Shown: one piece after another, positions 57,892 through 64,000 of the stretch
Position numbering within the stretch: the stretch's first letter is position 1
Layout: each line of letters begins with the position of its first letter
Made by a program: the position numbers and the translations under genes
The notes under the pieces: generated by a model
The model's database searches: none
The model's input: the letters and a program-made list of their open reading frames with translations, nothing else
What the model was told of the DNA's origin: nothing
Assembly: GCA_964524025.1 (NCBI GenBank)
Contig: CAZGBT010000002.1
Location: 11,210 to 75,209, forward strand
Direction of reading: 5' to 3'
Length of the DNA: 64,000 nucleotides
From: an uncultured archaeon
GTDB taxonomy: Archaea > Aenigmatarchaeota > Aenigmatarchaeia > CG10238-14 > EX4484-224

Positions 57892-59114
57892 AAGAGATAT
57901 TGTTTACTATTATTGGAAGCTTAATTGGAAGTTTTCTTGGTCTACTCCCAGGTTTTCATGTTAATAATATAATACCATTTCTTTTGACCTTACCGTTTCT
58001 TCCATTGGATCTTTCAATCTTCATAGTTTCAATAGCAGTTTCCCAAATAGTTTCTAGTTTTCTTCCATCTGTATTTTTAGGTGCTCCTGAAAGCGAGAAC
58101 GCTCTAGCTGTACTTCCCGGGCATAAAATGCTTTTAGAAGGTAGAGGTAGAGAAGCCGTTAAGCTAGTTTTAGTAGGTAGTTTGCTAGGTGCTATTTTTA
58201 CCATATTACTTTCCTTAGCTACATCAAGCTATTTTAAAATGCTATACAAGATTTCAAGACCTTTCATACATTACTTAATAATACTCACTATAGCTTTGAT
58301 GCTTCTTACAGAAAAAAGTTTTAGAAGAATAGTCAGAAGTATTTTTGTCTTATTGTTGTCGGGCTTATTTGGTTTATTAATTTTCAATTTTCCTTTGATT
58401 AGCCAAAACATAGTTTTATTTCCAGCTCTAAGCGGATTATTTGGTGCCAGCACTTTACTAACAAGCCTTAGCGAAAGAACCAAAATACCAAAGCAAAAGA
58501 GGAAACAGGAAATAATGCTCAAATTTGACAAAGTGGCATTTTGCTCTTTACTAGGAAGCTTTGCAGGGATTCTCGTCGGTTTTTTACCAGCCATAGGGAT
58601 TTCACAGGCAGCCATAATGGTTCAATATCTTGCAGGTATAAGAGAAGTTAGGAGTTTCTTAGTAACTCTTGGAAGTATTAACGTTGCTAACGAAATCTTT
58701 TCACTATTTTGCCTTTATTTAGTTAAAAACCCTAGGTCAGGGGCTTCTGTAGCTATTCAGAAAATAATGGGAAAGTTAGTTTTTGAAGATGTGTTGCTAT
58801 TCATGTTGGTATCGATTACGTCTTTAGGAATAAGTAGTATCATAACTTTACTCCTTTCTAAAGAATTTTCAAAATTAGTTGAAAGAATTAATTACAAATT
58901 TCTAACACTTTTTGCACTTTCTTTCCTTACTCTAATGGTTTTCATATTTTCAGGCTTGGGAGGCTTGTTAATTTTCTTAACTGCAACTTCCATAGGTTTT
59001 ACAACAATAAAATTGAAAGTTAAAAGATCCTATTGCATGGGGGTTTTGCTTATACCATCCATACTTTTCTTCTCTAAACTAACACCTTATGTGCTAAAGA
59101 TTTTAAGAATCTAA
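57888..59114 (+). CDS. Tripartite tricarboxylate transporter TctA-like permease (DUF112)
   Basis: GLLPGFHVN, PSVFLGAP...AVLPGH, GFLPAIG, NPRSG. Confidence 0.88.
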   Translation: MKEILFTIIGSLIGSFLGLLPGFHVNNIIPFLLTLPFLPLDLSIFIVSIAVSQIVSSFLPSVFLGAPESENALAVLPGHKMLLEGRGREAVKLVLVGSLLGAIFTILLSLATSSYFKMLYKISRPFIHYLIILTIALMLLTEKSFRRIVRSIFVLLLSGLFGLLIFNFPLISQNIVLFPALSGLFGASTLLTSLSERTKIPKQKRKQEIMLKFDKVAFCSLLGSFAGILVGFLPAIGISQAAIMVQYLAGIREVRSFLVTLGSINVANEIFSLFCLYLVKNPRSGASVAIQKIMGKLVFEDVLLFMLVSITSLGISSIITLLLSKEFSKLVERINYKFLTLFALSFLTLMVFIFSGLGGLLIFLTATSIGFTTIKLKVKRSYCMGVLLIPSILFFSKLTPYVLKILRI

Positions 59115-59128
59115 ATTTTAGAAAAATT

Positions 59129-61456
59129 ATGCTTACTAAAGAAAAACTACTTCAAATTTTTAACAAAAGGCCAGAAAGATATTGGAAGGTAAATTTATTC
59201 GAAGAGCTAGGGTTTGAAAGAAAAGTTTGCCCTATTTGTAAAAGAGGTTTTTGGAGTTTAAAAGAAAGAGAAAGATGCCCAGATCCTGGATGTGGTGAAG
59301 AATACGGGTTTATAGGAAAAAAAGTTACTAAAGTTAAATGGGATTACGTCAAAACTTGGAAAGAATTTGAAAAATTCTTTGTTAAAAATGGTCATGAGTC
59401 TATTCCAAGATACCCAGTTATAACAACATGGAGAGATGATTTATTTTTTAATATAGCTTCCATAGTTAATTTCCAGAGGTTTGACGAAGGGGTTATGGTT
59501 TTTGAATATCCAGCTAACCCGCTTATAGTTCCACAAATGTGCCTACGGTTTAAAGACATAGCTAATGTTGGTGTCACAGGAAGGCACTACACATGCTTTA
59601 TGATGCCAGGTCAGCATGCTTTTAATTGGCCTAAAGAGGGTTATTGGAAAGATGAAACAATAGAGCTTAATTTTCGGTTTTTGACAGAAGTAATGGGGAT
59701 TCCAAAAGAAGAAATAGTTTATAGAGAAGAGCTTTGGAGTATGCCAGATTTTTCTGCTTTTGGACCTTATATAGAAAGCTATTGCTATGGACTCGAGCTA
59801 TGTAATTCTGGATTCATGGAATTTGGAAAACATAATTCTAGTTACAAAGAGCTTCCTATGAAGGTTGTTGATGTAGGATGGGGTCTTGAAAGATTGGTTT
59901 GGATAACTAACTCAACGCCTACTAGCTACGAATGCGTATTCGGACCAGTTTGGACAAAACTCTTAAGAGAAAGTGGGATTAGCTATGAAAAAGAAATCTT
60001 TGAAAGATATATTAAAGTAGCAGGTTCTCTAGATGTACAGGAGATAAGAGACATAGAGAGGTTGAAAGAAGAGATTGCAAAAAAGCTTTCTATCGATAAA
60101 AAAGAATTAGAAGAGAAAATCTCGCCAATAATAGCACTTTCCTCTATAGCCGACCATACAAGAGCTTTGGTTTTTGCAATTTGTGATGGTGCTTTACCTA
60201 GTAACATAGGTGGTGGTTATAACTTAAGGGTAATTTTAAGAAGATCTCTTGCTTTTATTAACAAATTCAATTTTAACCTTGATTTGATAGAAATTTGTTT
60301 TTGGCATATCGATTATTTAAGCAAGCTTTTTCCTGAACTTCGTGATTCTGAAGAAATAATCAAAAAAATACTAGAAGTAGAAATTCAAAGGTACAAAAAG
60401 AGCAGAGAAATAGTAACAAAAATTATACCTAAGTTAAAGGAAAAAGTAACAACAACCGAAGACCTTATTAAAGTTTATCAAACCTACGGAGTTACGCCGG
60501 AAGATCTAGGTATAAAAACACCAGCAGATTTCTATCAGCTGCTAACAGCAACTAAAAAGAGGAAAAGGGAGGAAAAGGGAGAGATGATAGATGTAAGCGG
60601 ATTACCGCCAACTGAGATATTATTTTACAAACCTGTATATGAGTTTAAAGCCAAAGTAGTTAAAGTGATAGGAGATTGGGTTATTCTTGATAAAACAGCA
60701 TTTTTCCCAAAGATGGGTGGGCAGGATTTTGATACTGGATTTATAGATGGAAATAGAGTGATAGAAGTTCAAAAGGTAGGAAACGTAGTTTTGCATAAAA
60801 TTGACGGTAATGTGAAAGAAGGAAGCATAGTTTTATGCAGAGTAGATAGAAAAAGAAGGAAAATTTTAACTATTCATCACGATGCAATACATCTAATAAA
60901 TGCAGCTGCTAGAAAAATTTTGGGAAGGCATGTAAGGCAATATGGAGCTGAAAAGACTGTTGAAAAAGCGAGGATAGATATAACTCATTATCAAAAGCTA
61001 AGTGAAGAAGAGGTTGAAAAGATAGAAAAACTAGCCAATGAGATAGTTAAGAAAAATATTCCAATAGAGAAATTTTGGATGGATAGGTGCGAAGCAGAAA
61101 GAAAATTTGGATTTGGTATCTATCAAGGAGGTTATGTTCCATCAAAAAAAGTTAGAATAGTAAAGATTGGAAATTTTGATGTTGAAGCATGTTGCGGAAC
61201 CCATGGCAATAGTACTGGAGAAATTGGGATAATAAAGATATTAAGAACTAAAAGAATAGCTGATGGATTAGTTAGAATAGAAATAGTTGCTGGTGATAGG
61301 GCACTAGAATATTTGAAAAAAATGGAAGGAATAGCAAAAGAATGTTGCAAAGAACTTAACACAAAACCAGAAAATCTTGAAGAAGCCGTTAAAGATTTGT
61401 TTGAAAGGTGGAAATGTTTAAGGAAGAAACTCAAAAAAATTAAAAACAAAAAATAA
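59129..61456 (+). CDS. alaS: Alanyl-tRNA synthetase (no C-Ala/DHHA1 domain)
   Basis: RYPV...WRDD, ASIVNFQ, GRHYTCF, ADHTR, HDAIH...ACCGTH editing site; ends after the helical linker. Confidence 0.95.
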   Translation: MLTKEKLLQIFNKRPERYWKVNLFEELGFERKVCPICKRGFWSLKERERCPDPGCGEEYGFIGKKVTKVKWDYVKTWKEFEKFFVKNGHESIPRYPVITTWRDDLFFNIASIVNFQRFDEGVMVFEYPANPLIVPQMCLRFKDIANVGVTGRHYTCFMMPGQHAFNWPKEGYWKDETIELNFRFLTEVMGIPKEEIVYREELWSMPDFSAFGPYIESYCYGLELCNSGFMEFGKHNSSYKELPMKVVDVGWGLERLVWITNSTPTSYECVFGPVWTKLLRESGISYEKEIFERYIKVAGSLDVQEIRDIERLKEEIAKKLSIDKKELEEKISPIIALSSIADHTRALVFAICDGALPSNIGGGYNLRVILRRSLAFINKFNFNLDLIEICFWHIDYLSKLFPELRDSEEIIKKILEVEIQRYKKSREIVTKIIPKLKEKVTTTEDLIKVYQTYGVTPEDLGIKTPADFYQLLTATKKRKREEKGEMIDVSGLPPTEILFYKPVYEFKAKVVKVIGDWVILDKTAFFPKMGGQDFDTGFIDGNRVIEVQKVGNVVLHKIDGNVKEGSIVLCRVDRKRRKILTIHHDAIHLINAAARKILGRHVRQYGAEKTVEKARIDITHYQKLSEEEVEKIEKLANEIVKKNIPIEKFWMDRCEAERKFGFGIYQGGYVPSKKVRIVKIGNFDVEACCGTHGNSTGEIGIIKILRTKRIADGLVRIEIVAGDRALEYLKKMEGIAKECCKELNTKPENLEEAVKDLFERWKCLRKKLKKIKNKK

Positions 61457-62234
61457 GCTCAACTCTGCTGCCAAACTTTTTCTTAATCTTTTCTTTAATT
61501 TTTTCGTAATAGTTAGATCTTGCTTTCAATACTACTTTCCATTTTTCTTCTAAACTCGGAAAATTTTCTGATAAGACTTTCTTAATTTTCTCCCAAAGCC
61601 CTGGTTTTAGATTCAGTCTATCTAAAAAAATTCTATTCGAATATTTTGAAACCTTTTTAATCAAATTTTCGACTTCCCTATCTGTTAAGAAGGGTAAGAT
61701 TGGACCTATGAAAGAAAAAGTACTTAAGCCACTTTCTTTTAATACTTTAAGGGCTTTTATTCTTTCTTTTATCGATGGTGCATTCGGCTCAAAAATCTTC
61801 CTTATTTTTTCTTTTAAAGTAATTATCGTAAAACCGATCTCTACATCACCTTTCTTTAATAAGTCTATATCTCTTAGAACAAGTGGGGATTTTGTTTGGA
61901 TGAATAGTGGCCACTTATTGCTGATCAAAATCTTAATAAGCTTTTTCGTTAACTCATATTTTCTCTCTACAGGCTGATAAGGATCTGTAAATGGGCTAAA
62001 GTAGACACATCCCTTCTTTTTCTTTCTCATTTCTTTAAGAAGAACCTGTAGAGAATTTATTTTTGGATAAACGTAGCTTCCCCAGGGCTTTTCTATTTTT
62101 CTGTATTTTTTAGTATAATACCATGCATAACAATAAGTACAAGCATGCTGACATCCTACGTAAGGGTTTATAGAATAGTCTGAAATATAGCTTTTACTCA
62201 AAATAGATTTGCAGAAAATCGGTTTAATTTCCAT
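61440..62234 (-). CDS. SplB-like radical SAM protein
   Basis: INPYVGCQHACTYCYA, TDPYQPVE, QTKS. Confidence 0.88.
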   Translation of the reverse strand: MEIKPIFCKSILSKSYISDYSINPYVGCQHACTYCYAWYYTKKYRKIEKPWGSYVYPKINSLQVLLKEMRKKKKGCVYFSPFTDPYQPVERKYELTKKLIKILISNKWPLFIQTKSPLVLRDIDLLKKGDVEIGFTIITLKEKIRKIFEPNAPSIKERIKALKVLKESGLSTFSFIGPILPFLTDREVENLIKKVSKYSNRIFLDRLNLKPGLWEKIKKVLSENFPSLEEKWKVVLKARSNYYEKIKEKIKKKFGSRVELIFCF

Positions 62235-62305
62235 GTGCCTTTTTAAGATTCTATATTGAAAAACTCTTCCTTAATTTTTTTATTAGTCCTTTCTTACAAA
62301 AAAAC

Positions 62306-63631
62306 GTGAAAATATTCAAATTTTTAGACAAAAAATTCAGAGTGAGAAGTGTTAAGAAAAAATATAAAGTTGGGAAAAATCTCTGCATTTTTTGTAAAGG
62401 CTCTAAGTTACTTTGTGGTAAGGAGAGATGTCCACTTTTAGTCAAATTAGAAGCAAAATTAAAGGTAAAACGTTTAGTTTGTAAGAGGGAATTTGATGGT
62501 TCATCTCCACCATCGATTTTTGTTGGAAGAATAGGATATCCAAAAGTATTTGTAGGTCCTTTAATACCTCCTATTAGAGGGGATACATCCATTTTAGATT
62601 TCCCAGAAAACTGGTTTGGAAAAAGCATAGAAGAAATTGTTACCTTCAGGTTCTTGCTTGTAAGAACGAAGAAAAGAGTTAATGTTAGAGATCTAGAAAA
62701 TAAAATAGTCCAAAATTTAGTAGAACTCTCCTTATCAAAAAAACCTGTAGATTCGGAAGTTAAGCTTAAGAAAGTTCCATCTTATAAAATCTTCTTCAGT
62801 GCAACAAGCCAACCCTTCGGACCATCAGCTCCTCTCGATCAAATAAGAATAGGAGGCTATAAATCTCACCATCTGATAGAAAAGACCTATTATGATACAG
62901 ACCTAAAAGCGTCGGAAGCCGTTTTTTGGCTGTACGAAAAAGGTGTTGAGGTTTCGCGAATTCAAAGGGCATTTAGTGCTGGAATGCTTGGAATAGGAAA
63001 AAATAGGAAGCTCGTACCAACAAGATGGAGTATAACTGCTGTAGATTCGATAATTTCGAAGAAGTTGATAGAAAAGGTTAAAGAATTCAGGCCGATTAAT
63101 GAGTTCAGAATTTTCTATGGAGAATATCTAGATAACAGGTGGCTTATACTAATGATGCCTAGAGAATGGAATTACGAATCGATAGAAGCTTGGTATCCAA
63201 AAACTATTTGGAACGAGGAAGATTATATTGCAATTGGAAGTGACTGGGAGGGTTTTGATAGGTTTAACGATGAACCATCTATAGGAGGTTGTTTTATAGC
63301 AGGAAGACTCGCTGTTGGAGAATATTTATTTAGGATAAGAAGGCAAGCTACTGTAATAATCATAAGAGAAATTCATCCAGGTTACCTAATGCCAGTAGGG
63401 GTTTGGAATGTCAGGGAAAGTTTAAGAAACATACTAAAGAATAAACCATTTAAGGCTAACAGCTTAAAAGAAGCCTTAAAATTCTTGGAGGAAAGGCTTG
63501 ATATTCCTTTAAAAGTTTGGATTGAAAATTCAAGATTGTTTAGAAATTTAATTTTCCAAAGAAAACTTTTAGATTATATTAAATATGGAAGAAGAAATAG
63601 AGAGACTGTTAAAATTGGAAAAAATAATTAA
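62306..63631 (+). CDS. nreA: Nre-family DNA repair protein
   Basis: CIFCKG..LLCG...CP, SPPSIFVG..GYPKV, LVPTRWSITAVD, PVGVW.VRE, PIP box QRKLLDYI. Confidence 0.92.
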   Translation: MKIFKFLDKKFRVRSVKKKYKVGKNLCIFCKGSKLLCGKERCPLLVKLEAKLKVKRLVCKREFDGSSPPSIFVGRIGYPKVFVGPLIPPIRGDTSILDFPENWFGKSIEEIVTFRFLLVRTKKRVNVRDLENKIVQNLVELSLSKKPVDSEVKLKKVPSYKIFFSATSQPFGPSAPLDQIRIGGYKSHHLIEKTYYDTDLKASEAVFWLYEKGVEVSRIQRAFSAGMLGIGKNRKLVPTRWSITAVDSIISKKLIEKVKEFRPINEFRIFYGEYLDNRWLILMMPREWNYESIEAWYPKTIWNEEDYIAIGSDWEGFDRFNDEPSIGGCFIAGRLAVGEYLFRIRRQATVIIIREIHPGYLMPVGVWNVRESLRNILKNKPFKANSLKEALKFLEERLDIPLKVWIENSRLFRNLIFQRKLLDYIKYGRRNRETVKIGKNN

Positions 63632-63749
63632 AAAAGCTGCTAAGGTTCTAAGGGTAAAAGTAGAAGATTTACCAAGGGTTATAAGAAGATTCAAAAACGA
63701 AATAAAAGAGATGGAGAAAGAGTTAAATGAACTGGATAAATCCGCTTAA
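63585..63749 (+). CDS. 54-aa helical protein resembling the AlaRS C-terminal linker
   Basis: MEEEIERLLKLEKIIKKAAKVLRVKVEDLPRVIRRFKNEIKEMEKELNELDKSA*; overlaps both neighbours. Confidence 0.65.
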   Translation: MEEEIERLLKLEKIIKKAAKVLRVKVEDLPRVIRRFKNEIKEMEKELNELDKSA

Positions 63750-64000
63750 TACAGAATATACTGTACCTTTTACGATTTTTTGTATTTCTTTATTCCTAAT
63801 TTTCGCTTATCTCATTTTCATTTTCCTTAAAAGATTAAAAATTAAAATGGACTACAAAATTGCCACTTCTGTATTTCCGTTTGTAATAATAGGAAGTCTC
63901 TTAAGAGTTTGTAGAGATATGAGCCTGTTAAAAAGCCAACTTTTTGAAACTCCCGGAATCTACCTCCTTATGACATCTTTTTATCTTTCCCTTCTGACTT
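63727..64000 (+). CDS. DUF63-like membrane protein (partial, runs off right edge)
   Basis: MNWINPLNTEY...FLKRLKIKMDYK...PFVIIGSLLRV.RD...TPGIY. Confidence 0.75.
   Translation, partial: MNWINPLNTEYTVPFTIFCISLFLIFAYLIFIFLKRLKIKMDYKIATSVFPFVIIGSLLRVCRDMSLLKSQLFETPGIYLLMTSFYLSLLT

Noticed and set aside
7895..62628. Many 60-155 aa ORFs antisense to or nested in recognised genes
   Set aside because: Mostly Ser/Phe/Leu-rich mirror translations of Lys/Glu-rich genes, with no motifs.
1..64000. CRISPR array, rRNA, IS element or alternative genetic code
   Set aside because: No spaced repeats, no long GC-rich RNA gene, no transposase; conserved genes are intact under the standard code.

Overview
AT-rich (roughly 30% GC by eye), gene-dense archaeal chromosome segment. 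Gene content (split Hef, AlaRS without C-Ala domain, DUF460, aCPSF1-psmB, PINA, Nre, giant Cys-tipped surface protein) fits a DPANN archaeon such as Aenigmarchaeota; this taxonomy is inference. Most genes are housekeeping: tyrS, thrS, ileS, alaS, nrdDG, cdc48, mre11/rad50/herA, intein-containing aIF5B, two tRNAs. No CRISPR, rRNA or transposase was seen. Best leads: (1) a 54-nt tRNA-Ser(CGA) intron laid out as a complete box C/D guide RNA with two 12-nt guides; (2) an unlisted 40-aa ORF ending WYIG that resembles the Cdc48 tail, between cdc48 and psmB; (3) a perfect palindrome at the nrdDG promoter next to a divergent wHTH gene; (4) a candidate -1 frameshift (A AAA AAG) in a wHTH gene heading an orphan/M28 cassette; (5) an archaeosortase-like protein with Cys replaced by Ser; (6) 70- and 53-bp perfect repeats between the two Cdc48 AAA domains; (7) a free-standing 54-aa protein resembling the AlaRS C-terminal helix. 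All product calls come from motif recognition by eye; no database searches were run.
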